Assembly (NCBI GenBank): GCA_964547225.1
Contig: CAZJMV010000212.1
Coordinates: forward strand, 80,465 to 144,464
DNA length: 64,000 nucleotides
Direction of reading: 5' to 3'
DNA from: an uncultured Anaerolineaceae bacterium
Lineage (GTDB): Bacteria > Chloroflexota > Anaerolineae > Anaerolineales > UBA4823
The position numbers were made by a program, and so were the translations under genes. Below the pieces are notes generated by a model, which saw nothing but the letters and a program-made list of their open reading frames with translations, was not told where the DNA came from and did not search any database. Positions 29,326-39,243 of this stretch are shown here, in pieces. Numbering within the stretch: the first letter of the stretch is position 1; every line of letters begins with the position of its first letter.

Positions 29326-31578
29326 TTATTCTTCATCGTCATCTTCAGGCATGATTAAGACCTCACGATCTTTGCCTCCTCCAGAGGATGGTCCAACAAC
29401 TCCCATATCCTGTAACTGATCGATCAACCGGGCTGCTCGTGGGTATCCAATTCTTAATCTTCGCTGTAGCAAAGAGGCGCTAACACGTTGCGTTTTCCGC
29501 ACTAACTCGAGCGCCTTCTCCAATAGATCATCCCTATCTGCCAGTATTTGTTCCTCTTCGATCATCTCATCCCACGGCGCTTTTACTTGTTGGGATGTTT
29601 CATCAAATGAAATTTGCCAAAAATTAATCACGCGTTCAACTTCCTGATCACTAACCATAATACCTTGTAAACGAATTGGTAGGGAAGCTTCCGGTGGTAG
29701 GAATAACATATCTCCCTTACCCAGTAGATGTTCAGCTCCAACCGTATCAAGAATAACGCGAGAATCAATTGAGGAAGCAACCGCAAAAGAAATCCGCGTT
29801 GGAAAGTTTGCTTTGATCAAGCCAGTAACAATATCCGTACTTGGACGTTGTGTAGCGACAACCAAATGGATTCCGGTCGCGCGTGCCATTTGAGCCAAAC
29901 GTACCAAATTGTGCTCAGTTTGGTCTGGTGCAGACATCATCAAATCCGCTAACTCATCGATCATCACCACAATGCGAGGAAGGATCTCTACCCCTTTCTT
30001 CCGACGCGCTTTGCGGTTATAAGTATCAATATTTCGAGAACGACTCAATTCTAAGACCTTATACCGCCGATCCATTTCGACAACGACCCAGCGAAGAACC
30101 GCTAAGATCCGATCCAGATTGGTCTCCACATTTCCATACAGATGGGGTAACCCATTAAAACGTACTAGCTCAACCATCTTCGGATCAATCATCACCAATC
30201 GAAGATCTTCGGGCGTATTATTCATCACAAGACAAGTTGTGATAGCAGCAATCCCTACCGATTTGCCCGACCCAGTTGTACCTGCAATTAATAAGTGCGG
30301 CATCTGTGATAAATCAGCAACAACTGGTTGACCAGACACATCACGTCCTAATGAAATGGCTAGAGGAGAATTAAGCTTGTAAAACGACTCTGACTCCAAC
30401 ATGGATCGTAATCGCACAACCGTTGCTTGAGGATTAGGGACTTCTATACCAACATAAGGTCTTCCCGGTACTGGTGCTTGGATACGTAATCGCTCAGCAG
30501 ATAAAGCCAAGGCTAAATCGCGCCTCAGAGAGGATATTTGTGATACACGCACTCTTCGCCTGTGTTCATCATCCTTTTCGCCGTTTGAATCTTTCTCATG
30601 AAAACCTGGTTCAACAGCAAATTGTGTCACGGTAGGACCAACTTGAAACCCAACAACTCTTGAAGGAATTCCAAATTCAGCCAATGTTTTTTCAATCAAA
30701 CCAGCCGTCATATTAATATTTCGTTCGTTAGGTCGATGAGATCTTTCCGTAGATAATAGGTCTAGTCCAGGTAATCTTTCATCACGAATAACTGTATGAG
30801 ATTCGTGTTCAGTTTTTTCAGTATCAAATCGAAAACTTTTCCGAAATTCGGGGGGAATAAAAACCCGTTTTTTGTTAGATACTCTAGGAATCTCAATAGA
30901 CTTTCCAGCGCCATCTAATGGCGCTTCGCTAATGATGGGATCAATGCTCCTTATTTGTTTCTCTCTATCCACTCTTCCAAATTCTAATGCCTTCGTCGCA
31001 AGAAAAAATATCGGTTTATAGAAACCTAATCCAAAAAACAGACTCGCCAACGATATGATGATCAATAGGATCGCAGATATAAAGGGACCAAAAACACCCG
31101 TAGGATCAGTTATGCGCAATAACAACTCGGATAAACCCCATCCAATTCTACCCCCATCCAATCCCGCTTCTGCTCTTTCTAGGGATTGCCCAGCAAGAAG
31201 CGACATAAGAGATAATGACGAAAAAGAGATCAATTCTAAGAAGATCAATTTCCCTAAAAAAGATTGCCCAGAAATGCGCTTTGTGCGTTGGCGTAACATC
31301 CATAAAGCGATAAAGAACATGATAATTGCCATCCAAAAAGCGCCCCAACCCATCCATTGAGAAAGAATCTCCCCCCAGATGAGGAGTAATCCATCAGTAT
31401 ATTCCGGGTATAAAATCACTAAGGCAGTCATTAATGACCAGGCTAATAATAAGATTCCCCCAATATCCGAAAGGTAATCGATACGATTGGTTAACTCGAA
31501 TACTTTATTAATTAGATTAAATTTGTTCTCTTTAGAAGTATCTTCTAGGGATGCTTGATCAGATTTCTTCTTGGACAT
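29326..31578 (-). CDS. ftsK: DNA translocase FtsK/SpoIIIE
   Basis: N-terminal TM helices, Walker A 'GTTGSGKS', Walker B 'VVMIDELADL', gamma winged helix 'SASLLQRRLRIGYPRAARLIDQLQDMGVVG'. Confidence 0.9.
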   Translation of the reverse strand: MSKKKSDQASLEDTSKENKFNLINKVFELTNRIDYLSDIGGILLLAWSLMTALVILYPEYTDGLLLIWGEILSQWMGWGAFWMAIIMFFIALWMLRQRTKRISGQSFLGKLIFLELISFSSLSLMSLLAGQSLERAEAGLDGGRIGWGLSELLLRITDPTGVFGPFISAILLIIISLASLFFGLGFYKPIFFLATKALEFGRVDREKQIRSIDPIISEAPLDGAGKSIEIPRVSNKKRVFIPPEFRKSFRFDTEKTEHESHTVIRDERLPGLDLLSTERSHRPNERNINMTAGLIEKTLAEFGIPSRVVGFQVGPTVTQFAVEPGFHEKDSNGEKDDEHRRRVRVSQISSLRRDLALALSAERLRIQAPVPGRPYVGIEVPNPQATVVRLRSMLESESFYKLNSPLAISLGRDVSGQPVVADLSQMPHLLIAGTTGSGKSVGIAAITTCLVMNNTPEDLRLVMIDPKMVELVRFNGLPHLYGNVETNLDRILAVLRWVVVEMDRRYKVLELSRSRNIDTYNRKARRKKGVEILPRIVVMIDELADLMMSAPDQTEHNLVRLAQMARATGIHLVVATQRPSTDIVTGLIKANFPTRISFAVASSIDSRVILDTVGAEHLLGKGDMLFLPPEASLPIRLQGIMVSDQEVERVINFWQISFDETSQQVKAPWDEMIEEEQILADRDDLLEKALELVRKTQRVSASLLQRRLRIGYPRAARLIDQLQDMGVVGPSSGGGKDREVLIMPEDDDEE

Positions 31579-32509
31579 TTGATTTAATTCTAATTCTCGA
31601 AGTTATATAAATACCTACTAATATAAGTATAGCACCAATCAATTTTATCGAGGTTGGTTTTTCATCGAGAAAGATATAAGCTAATATGGCAGAACCAATT
31701 GGCTCACCCAATAATGTCACTGAAACAAAAGCGGCTGGTAAATAACCTAACGCCCAGTTATAAGTCGTGTGTCCTAATAATTGTGGAATTAATGCCAGGA
31801 GAAAAAACCAAATAAAAGTCTTCCAAGAATAACCAAAGGGAGAATAACCGGCTAAGATCATGATCAAAAGCAATACGAATGAAGCAGCTGTGTACACAAT
31901 AAAAATATAACTTAATAATGAAATCCCACTCCGCAATCTCCGCCCGATCAGCAAATATCCAACTGCCATCCAAGCCCCAATCAATGCAAGAATGTCTCCC
32001 AAGAAAGCCTTTCCTTGGATTAACTGATTGAATGATGGACACACAAACCCATTATTCCAAGCACAAGAATCGCTAATACCAACAATAAATCCTCCGATCA
32101 ATGCCAAAATGATCCCGATGATCGCAGATTCGGAAACACTTTCATGAATAGTGATCGGGGAAATAATTGCCACCCATAACGGTACTGTCGTAACAACCAC
32201 CACTGAACTAGCCACGCTTGTGTATTCAAGAGAACTGATCCAGCTTGCAAAATGAAATGCTAAAAAAACTCCCGACAATAACGCCCAACTTATTTGGTAT
32301 TTACTCAGAGAAACCAATTCGTGACGATTTCGCCAAAGAGCAATGGGCGCGATGAACATGGCAGAGAGCGTCAATCGATATGCTGCAATAACAAACGAAG
32401 GCGCCTCAGTCTGAGCAAACCGGATAAAAATGGATGCCGTAGAAACAGACAATACCCCAATAACTAATATGAGTATGGGAGAAAATGGCGATTGTTTTGA
32501 TTTTATCAT
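31559..32509 (-). CDS. EamA/DMT family transporter
   Basis: Ten hydrophobic helices arranged as two EamA repeats. Overlaps the ftsK start by 20 nt. Confidence 0.8.
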   Translation of the reverse strand: MIKSKQSPFSPILILVIGVLSVSTASIFIRFAQTEAPSFVIAAYRLTLSAMFIAPIALWRNRHELVSLSKYQISWALLSGVFLAFHFASWISSLEYTSVASSVVVVTTVPLWVAIISPITIHESVSESAIIGIILALIGGFIVGISDSCAWNNGFVCPSFNQLIQGKAFLGDILALIGAWMAVGYLLIGRRLRSGISLLSYIFIVYTAASFVLLLIMILAGYSPFGYSWKTFIWFFLLALIPQLLGHTTYNWALGYLPAAFVSVTLLGEPIGSAILAYIFLDEKPTSIKLIGAILILVGIYITSRIRIKSNVQEEI

Positions 32510-32685
32510 TAGGAACCTGGTTTATAAACAATTTCTATCACAAGAAAATATGGTTGGATCGATTAATACAATTATTCCGTCTATTTTGGATCGTATCTCT
32601 ATAAAGAACTATAGGGATCAATTTCCAATAATGAAAGTATACTGTAAAAATTGATCCTGCTTCTATTCAGTTCTTGCGTTTAAGT

Positions 32686-32985
32686 TCATTCCGCCAAAGA
32701 TTGCTCCAGTTTGGATTGATGCCAAATTACTTTACCAATTACTCGAATTTCATGTTTGGCTTTCTCAGCATGCTCTTCTTTTAGAAAATCCTATCGCGTC
32801 ATGCTATTCGCGCCTTCCTTTCCATCACCTTCAAGTGTATCAATTAGATCGACCATCCTTACGACTGTTAATGTGGCAATCTGAGCGGTGATGGAGTCAT
32901 AAATACCACAAGGAACATCACAATGAGCCTTAACATCTTCGATTCCAACAGACATTTCTACTGATTTTAATATTTGATAAATCAT
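32686..32985 (-). pseudogene. sodN: nickel superoxide dismutase (sodN-like) interrupted by an in-frame TAG and lacking the C-terminal third
   Basis: Leader then Ni-hook 'HCDVPCGIYD'. TAG at 32791-32793. The same frame continues 'DFLKEEHAEKAKHEIRVIGKVIW...', resembling the NiSOD 'VIKEQRAELAKHH' helix, and ends at TGA 32686-32688. The ATG at 32985 is preceded by a ggagg SD. Confidence 0.6.
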
Positions 32986-33187
32986 CGTCCCCTCCAAGAA
33001 ATTATATCAACACAGGACACTGACAAATATGATAACGATAATACAATTCCTTGACAATAGAGTACAAAGAAACCTGTACGAACACTTATCCTTACCCTAA
33101 AAAAGAAAGTAAATCCCTTAAAAACAAAGGAAAATATGACAACCTTCCCTACTTTATTAGATCACTGTCACCTTTTTCAGGTTGCGC

Positions 33188-33216
33188 TTGACAAAGATGT
33201 ATACGAGGGCTAAAAT
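33188..33216 (+). promoter_or_regulatory. sigma-70 type promoter for the ferredoxin gene
   Basis: TTGACA (33188-33193), a 17-nt spacer, then TAAAAT (33211-33216). A ggaggag SD precedes the ATG at 33290. Confidence 0.5.
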
Positions 33217-33289
33217 TTTGATTGAACAGTGTTTATAATACAATCTTAATCAGGAAAATTTTTAATTATCAGTTTGGAGGAGCCAACTC

Positions 33290-33688
33290 ATGTCCCACAT
33301 AATTACCAGCTTATGCTTACGTGACGCAGGATGCGCAGAAGTATGTCCAGTTGAATGTATTGTTCCTGGGAAACCAGTAGAAGAATACCCACTATATTAT
33401 ATTGACCCTGACACTTGTATAGACTGCGGCGCTTGCGTTCCCGAATGCCCCTATGAAGCGATTTTCCCAGAAGACGAAGTCCCGTCTGACTACACTGCTG
33501 AAGGCGGTGAGTATATTGCACGACTTGGACTTACTGGTCACTATGAGAATACCAATCATCATGATGAACCAGTCGTTTTAGACTGTGTAAAGCAATTGGA
33601 AGCTGGAGAGGTTGTTGACCTGACTGAAGATATCCAGGCAAACTACGACTACTTCTCAAACGGTCCAGGCTACGACGCATTAGACTAA
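33290..33688 (+). CDS. ferredoxin (7Fe-type, [3Fe-4S][4Fe-4S]) with C-terminal extension
   Basis: 'CLRDAGCAEVCPVECI' and 'CIDCGACVPECP' cysteine clusters. Confidence 0.85.
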   Translation: MSHIITSLCLRDAGCAEVCPVECIVPGKPVEEYPLYYIDPDTCIDCGACVPECPYEAIFPEDEVPSDYTAEGGEYIARLGLTGHYENTNHHDEPVVLDCVKQLEAGEVVDLTEDIQANYDYFSNGPGYDALD

Positions 33689-33700
33689 AATAATCAATGA

Positions 33701-33735
33701 AAAAAAATGGGCTATTTTATCTAGCCCATTTTTTT
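33701..33735 (+). terminator. rho-independent terminator after the ferredoxin gene
   Basis: Stem atgggcta / tagcccat (33707-33714 and 33722-33729), flanked by an A-run upstream and a T-run downstream, so it could work in both directions. Confidence 0.65.
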
Positions 33736-34012
33736 GATTCCTCCACTTCTCTTCAGATAATCCAATATTCGATCTGAATTCTAAAATTTTATCTCGAGAA
33801 AGTCCAAACCCAAGAAAACACTACTCAAATCGAAAAAAGTTTTAAAAGTAGTATCTAAGAAGAAAAACGCATCTTATTTCTCCCAAAATCAAAAAACTTT
33901 AAGAATGAATTTTATAACCCGTGCTTAAATGATTTTGATATAATGGACCATATTCAAATTATCCTTATCAGTCCAAGATAAAGAAATCAATCCGTTGAGA
34001 ATGGAGTAAATC

Positions 34013-34387
34013 ATGTCAACTGAAGACAATTCTGAAAATAATATTCATGAAGAGTTTAATTCCCTGGGGAAGAATTTTCTCAAAGCCGTACAAAGTGCAT
34101 GGGACCGTCCCGAAAGGAAACGAATAGAGAACGAGATTGCAAAAGGACTTGACAACTTAAGCACAGCGATAAAAAAAGAAACTGAAAACTTCTCCGATAG
34201 TCCAACTGCGCAAAAAATGAAAACGGAAATCGACCATCTTGGTGAAAGAATAAAGAACGAAGAGACTCAACAAAAGTTTAGAAAAGGAGTAATTGATATA
34301 CTCAAGAATGCGAATTCGGAATTGGAGAAAGCAATCAATAAACTGTCTACAGAAGAAAAAGAAGGAATACCGGAGGACGAAACATAA
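34013..34387 (+). CDS. hypothetical coiled-coil protein
   Basis: 124-aa charged helical ORF with a ggag SD before the ATG. An extended -10 (tgatataat, 33936-33944) lies upstream. No recognisable family. Confidence 0.5.
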   Translation: MSTEDNSENNIHEEFNSLGKNFLKAVQSAWDRPERKRIENEIAKGLDNLSTAIKKETENFSDSPTAQKMKTEIDHLGERIKNEETQQKFRKGVIDILKNANSELEKAINKLSTEEKEGIPEDET

Positions 34388-34518
34388 CAAAGCATCATAA
34401 CTTGGTTTATAATTCTAAAAACGATAATCGAGACATCAATTCTTATTGGCTAAAACTGCAACCATTATCATAAATTTAATTATTTTTTGAAAGTCTATTT
34501 AACGAGGTTTACTACAAT

Positions 34519-35166
34519 TTGGAAAATGTGAGAAAAGAAAAACACAGCATTACTTTAACTGACTATATGAGGAAAATATTTCGAGGTCTCTTAGAGACCA
34601 TCGGGAATAGTCTCAATCGATTAGGTTTAATGCCTAATACCATGACCTTATTAGGATTAACAGGAAATACGATCGGAGCTATCTTACTCGCTCAAGGGAA
34701 TATGGTTTGGGGTGGTTTAATTATTTTATTAATGGGACCCATTGATGCATTAGATGGCACAATGGCTCGATTACGCGGGATGGATGGGCATTTTGGCGCA
34801 TTCGTAGATTCAGTCACCGATCGCTACTCCGAATTAGTAATATTTGGCGGTTTATTATATTATTATGTATTACAAGGGGACGAAATAGCTACATTGCTCG
34901 TCTTCTCTGCAGCCGCCGGATCGATTCTAGTTTCTTACGTTCGAGCACGAGGGCAATCTCTCGGGTGGGACACAAAAATTGGTATCCTCACGCGTCTAGA
35001 ACGATACCTTGTTCTTGTTCCCGCATTATTAATCTCTCGCCCTGGTCTTGGGCTATGGATCATTGCGATATTTGCTAATATCACTGCCCTTCAAAGAATT
35101 ATCGATGTGCGAAAACAAGCTCATCAAGATATGAAAAATCAAACCTATACCAAAAATAGAGGTTAA
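34519..35166 (+). CDS. CDP-alcohol phosphatidyltransferase family protein
   Basis: Signature D(x)2DG(x)2AR...G(x)3D(x)3D seen as 'DALDGTMARLRGMDGHFGAFVDSVTDR'. TTG start with a gagg SD 11 nt upstream. Confidence 0.85.
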   Translation: MENVRKEKHSITLTDYMRKIFRGLLETIGNSLNRLGLMPNTMTLLGLTGNTIGAILLAQGNMVWGGLIILLMGPIDALDGTMARLRGMDGHFGAFVDSVTDRYSELVIFGGLLYYYVLQGDEIATLLVFSAAAGSILVSYVRARGQSLGWDTKIGILTRLERYLVLVPALLISRPGLGLWIIAIFANITALQRIIDVRKQAHQDMKNQTYTKNRG

Positions 35167-35168
35167 CT

Positions 35169-36044
35169 ATGCCACCTGGATTTCAAATAGGACCGTTCGA
35201 AATTCGATTTTACGGAATAATTCTGATGCTCGCCACAATCGCAGGCGCCTGGTTAGCGACCTATCAAGCCAAACGCAAGGATGAAGACCCGGAAATCGTA
35301 TGGGATGCCTTGGTTTGGGTGCTAATCGCTGGGATCATTGGCGCACGTCTATGGCATATTTTTACTCCTTCACCTACAAGCATAGAACAAGGACTGACCA
35401 CCAACTATTATCTTACTCACCCGCTTGATGCAATCGCCATCTGGAATGGGGGCTTAGGCATCCCTGGTGCAGTGCTTGGTGGCGCCTTGGCAATGTATCT
35501 CTACTGCCGGAAAAGAAACGTCAGTTTCCTCGTGTGGGCGGATATCGTCGCACCTGGACTGGCTTTAGCACAAGCAATAGGACGCTGGGGTAACTTTGTG
35601 AATCAAGAATTATACGGCGCTCCATCCAACATGCCATGGGCAATTCGGATTGATCTCAACTATCGCTTACCCGGATATGAAGAGATTGCCTATTATCATC
35701 CGCTTTTCCTATATGAGTCATTATGGAATCTGGCAAACCTAGCTTTCTTATTATGGTTAGATCGTAAGAAAAGAGACTCTTTAAAAAATGGGGACATTTT
35801 TATTATATACTTAATTACTTATCCCATAGGCAGGTTTCTTTTAGAATTCTTAAGATTAGACCAATCCATGATCGGAGGCATAAATGCCAACCAAGCCTTT
35901 ATGCTGATCATCGCATCATCAGCGATCATCACTCTTTTCCTAAGACATCGAATAGATACTACTTCAGAATCTCCAGTACAGCCCCAAGAGATTAACTCTG
36001 AGAATGCTGAAGATAAAGAAAAAATAGAAATCGAAGATGATTGA
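35169..36044 (+). CDS. lgt: prolipoprotein diacylglyceryl transferase
   Basis: 'GRWGNFVNQELYG', 'HPLFLYESLWN', polytopic membrane protein. Starts 2 nt after the upstream stop. Confidence 0.9.
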   Translation: MPPGFQIGPFEIRFYGIILMLATIAGAWLATYQAKRKDEDPEIVWDALVWVLIAGIIGARLWHIFTPSPTSIEQGLTTNYYLTHPLDAIAIWNGGLGIPGAVLGGALAMYLYCRKRNVSFLVWADIVAPGLALAQAIGRWGNFVNQELYGAPSNMPWAIRIDLNYRLPGYEEIAYYHPLFLYESLWNLANLAFLLWLDRKKRDSLKNGDIFIIYLITYPIGRFLLEFLRLDQSMIGGINANQAFMLIIASSAIITLFLRHRIDTTSESPVQPQEINSENAEDKEKIEIEDD

Positions 36045-36073
36045 TTATATGGATAGCCATCAACATATTACAA

Positions 36074-37021
36074 ATGATAATAACCCACCAATTAAGTAAA
36101 CACTTTGATGACTTTATCGCTGTAAACCATATTAATCTAAATGTTGAAGCTGGAGAAGTTCTAGGGCTTCTCGGTCCTAATGGGGCTGGTAAAACAACAA
36201 CTGTTCGTTTACTTACATCGGTATTAAAACCAAGTCACGGTTGGGCAAAGATTGCTGGTTTTGATGTTGAAAAACAAGCCAATGAAGTACGTGCATCTGT
36301 AGGTGTTCTCACAGAACATCACGGGGTTTATAATCGAATGCCTGCGGGAGAATATTTAGATTTTTTTGGTCAATTATATAAAATAGAACCGACAATCCGA
36401 CAAAAACGGATTGAAGAAATCCTGCACCATTTTGGAATTGCAAGATCTATTCACCAACCGATTGGCGAGTTCTCAAAAGGCATGCGCCAAAAATTGGCTT
36501 TAGCAAGGGCATTGATCCATAATCCCCCGGTATTACTTCTCGATGAGCCGACTTCTGCTATGGATCCCGAAAGCGCCAAAATTGTGCGCGATGAAATTCG
36601 AAAACTACGCTCAGATGATCGTGCGATTATTATTTGCACACATAATTTAGCTGAAGCGGAAGGATTAGCAGATAAAATCGCGATCATACGCGATGGGAAA
36701 ATTATCGCCCAAGGATCTCCGAAAACCTTAAAACAGCAATTTCTCGGACAAGCTGAATATATCATTCATTTTTCAAAAAACCAATACCTCGATAAAAAGA
36801 AAGTTGAATTACCTAAAGGAGCAAAACTCGTAAGAAATGGAGATGATTGGCTCATTTATTGCACAAATGATCCTGCAAAGGTAAATCCAAAGGTACTAGA
36901 AACCCTCATCTCACAAGGACTGCAAGTGATTAGCCTTCACGAGGTATCACAAAATCTAGAGCAGGTATATCTTCAGGTGATCAATAACCACAGAGATACT
37001 GAGATACCCTATGATCAATGA
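36074..37021 (+). CDS. ABC transporter ATP-binding protein (ABC-2 / drug-exporter type)
   Basis: Walker A 'GPNGAGKTT', signature 'FSKGMRQKLALARAL', Walker B 'VLLLDEPTSAMD'. Start taken at the Met of 'MIITHQLSKHF'. Confidence 0.9.
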   Translation: MIITHQLSKHFDDFIAVNHINLNVEAGEVLGLLGPNGAGKTTTVRLLTSVLKPSHGWAKIAGFDVEKQANEVRASVGVLTEHHGVYNRMPAGEYLDFFGQLYKIEPTIRQKRIEEILHHFGIARSIHQPIGEFSKGMRQKLALARALIHNPPVLLLDEPTSAMDPESAKIVRDEIRKLRSDDRAIIICTHNLAEAEGLADKIAIIRDGKIIAQGSPKTLKQQFLGQAEYIIHFSKNQYLDKKKVELPKGAKLVRNGDDWLIYCTNDPAKVNPKVLETLISQGLQVISLHEVSQNLEQVYLQVINNHRDTEIPYDQ

Positions 37022-38432
37022 AATTAAAGGCGCGCTGATTATCACCAAGCGCGAGGTAAGGGATCAATTTAGAGACTGGAGAATAGTTTTTCCAATCATT
37101 CTATTAACCATTTTATTTCCTGGTCTCATGAATTTTACCGCCCATCAAGCAGTAAACTTTGTCGAAAGACATAATGCTCCTATCATCGGTGATCGATTGA
37201 TCCCATTCCTATTAATGATCGTGGGTTTCTTTCCCATCTCAATTTCACTCGTGATTGCATTGGAAAGTTTTGTTGGAGAAAAGGAACGAAAAAGCATTGA
37301 ACCACTACTATGCAGCCCTTTGAGTGACGGGCAGCTTTATTTGGGAAAACTCTTAGCTGCTATGGTACCACCGCTCTTAGCAAGTTATTTGGGGATAACG
37401 GTTTATTTGATCGCTGTTCGTTTGCAAATTGGATGGAAACCAGATTTAGTCCTTCTGACCCAGATATTATTATTAACCACCATTCAAGCAATCACCATGG
37501 TCAGTGGTGCTGTAGTTTTATCCTCTCAAACAACTTCCACTAGAGCTGCTAATCTGCTCGCCTCATTTATAATCATTCCATTTGCACTCCTAATCCAAGG
37601 AGAGAGCATCGTCATGTTTTGGGCAGTCTATGATGTCCTATGGTGGGTCATCTTTGCACAGATATTGATTGCGATCTTATTCGTGCGAACAGGGGTCGCC
37701 TATTTTAACCGTGAAGAAATGCTAGGACGTGAGTTAGATCGATTGGACATTGGTTGGGGCTGGAGGATATTCAAATCCGAATTTCGTGGAGAAGCGAATA
37801 ATATCTATGCATGGCTTCGGTTCGAATTATCAAAGAGTATTCGAGGCATGAAACTCGCTCTACATTTTTCTTCAATTTTATTATTCACCGCGCTATTTAT
37901 CGGATACAGTCAAGCTTCCCGATTTCCAATATCGAGCGATTTATTATCTTTTGATCATATGAGCAAAGGATTTCTAGAAGGTTTAGAAGAAATTCGTTTC
38001 TTTTCTGCAGGTAGTGTTACGCTGATTTGGTGGCATAATATACGTGTCATACTTCTAGCAACCTTTCTAGGTATCTTTTCATTTAGTATCCTAGGTCTTC
38101 TAATTACCATGTTGCCCCTGGTATTTATCGGATATATGGTTGGTAATATTTTTATGGCTGGTTTGTCGATTTCTAAATTTATTACTGGACTGATTCTCCC
38201 TCATGCTTGTTTTGAAATCCCAGCGCTCATCTTTGCTGGTGCAGCCATTTTAAATCTTGGTGCCACTTTAACAACACCTGCCAATGGAAAAACTATCGGA
38301 GAGGCATGGATCATCTCTCTCGCCCAATGGGCAAAATTAATGGTAGGTCTGATCATTCCACTTTTTTTATGTGCCGCGATAGTTGAAGTATTTATTACTC
38401 CAAGAATTGCATCTATCCTTTTCGGTGGATGA
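37011..38432 (+). CDS. ABC-2 type permease fused to a SpoIIM-like (DUF95) membrane domain
   Basis: N-terminal half carries 'GEKERKSIEPLLCSPLS...GKLLA', typical of ABC-2 permeases. C-terminal half carries 'LPHACFEIPALIFAGAAIL', typical of stage II sporulation protein M family proteins. Overlaps the ATPase gene by 11 nt. Confidence 0.7.
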   Translation: MINEIKGALIITKREVRDQFRDWRIVFPIILLTILFPGLMNFTAHQAVNFVERHNAPIIGDRLIPFLLMIVGFFPISISLVIALESFVGEKERKSIEPLLCSPLSDGQLYLGKLLAAMVPPLLASYLGITVYLIAVRLQIGWKPDLVLLTQILLLTTIQAITMVSGAVVLSSQTTSTRAANLLASFIIIPFALLIQGESIVMFWAVYDVLWWVIFAQILIAILFVRTGVAYFNREEMLGRELDRLDIGWGWRIFKSEFRGEANNIYAWLRFELSKSIRGMKLALHFSSILLFTALFIGYSQASRFPISSDLLSFDHMSKGFLEGLEEIRFFSAGSVTLIWWHNIRVILLATFLGIFSFSILGLLITMLPLVFIGYMVGNIFMAGLSISKFITGLILPHACFEIPALIFAGAAILNLGATLTTPANGKTIGEAWIISLAQWAKLMVGLIIPLFLCAAIVEVFITPRIASILFGG

Positions 38433-38459
38433 TTTTTTTTACTTACCAGGAAGGAAACA

Positions 38460-39218
38460 ATGACAAAGCTAATTTTTCTGGGTACCTCTAACGCAATTCC
38501 CGATCAACATCATGAAAATACACATTTGGCTGTTCTAGGAAAAAGAAACAAGCTACTGATTGATTGTGGCAGCAATCCGATTGTGCGATTACAAGAAGCT
38601 AATATCAATGTACTCGAAATTACAGATTTAATCTTAACCCATTTCCATCCAGACCACGTCTTCGGAGCGCCCTTATTGTTAATGAGCAGTTGGTTAATGG
38701 GGAGACAAACACCATTGAATATCTATGGCTTAAAATACACCCTGGATAGGGTCAAGATCATGATGGATGCTTTTGAATGGAAGACATGGCCAAATTTCTT
38801 CCCGGTTGCATTCCACGAAGTACAAGAAACAGATATGTTTCCTGTGTTCGAGAATAACGAGTTCAAGGTGTATTCTTCTCCAGTACACCATATCATCCCC
38901 AATATCGGTCTGCGTATAGAATTTGAAGAGAGCAATCAAGTACTTGCCTATTCCTGCGACACCGAACCATGTGATGAGGTCATTAAACTTGCTGAGAAAG
39001 CGGACATTCTCGTTCATGAAACTGCTGGAGACACAAGAGGACATTCTTCCGCATCTCAGGCAGGTGAAATCGCTACAAAATCGAATGCAAAGACACTCTA
39101 CTTGATCCATTATCCGACAGATAAAGTTAGCTTGAGTACATTAACAAAAGAAGCCCAAAAAACTTTTTCTGGGCATGTTTATCTTGCGGAAGATCTTCAA
39201 GACCTATCGCTTGAATAA
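38460..39218 (+). CDS. MBL-fold metallo-hydrolase (RNase Z/ElaC-like)
   Basis: 'LILTHFHPDH' metal motif, later 'SCDTEP' and 'LVHE'/'LIHY' His/Asp ligands. Confidence 0.8.
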   Translation: MTKLIFLGTSNAIPDQHHENTHLAVLGKRNKLLIDCGSNPIVRLQEANINVLEITDLILTHFHPDHVFGAPLLLMSSWLMGRQTPLNIYGLKYTLDRVKIMMDAFEWKTWPNFFPVAFHEVQETDMFPVFENNEFKVYSSPVHHIIPNIGLRIEFEESNQVLAYSCDTEPCDEVIKLAEKADILVHETAGDTRGHSSASQAGEIATKSNAKTLYLIHYPTDKVSLSTLTKEAQKTFSGHVYLAEDLQDLSLE

Positions 39219-39243
39219 ATTGAGTAAACTAGTACGCAATTAT

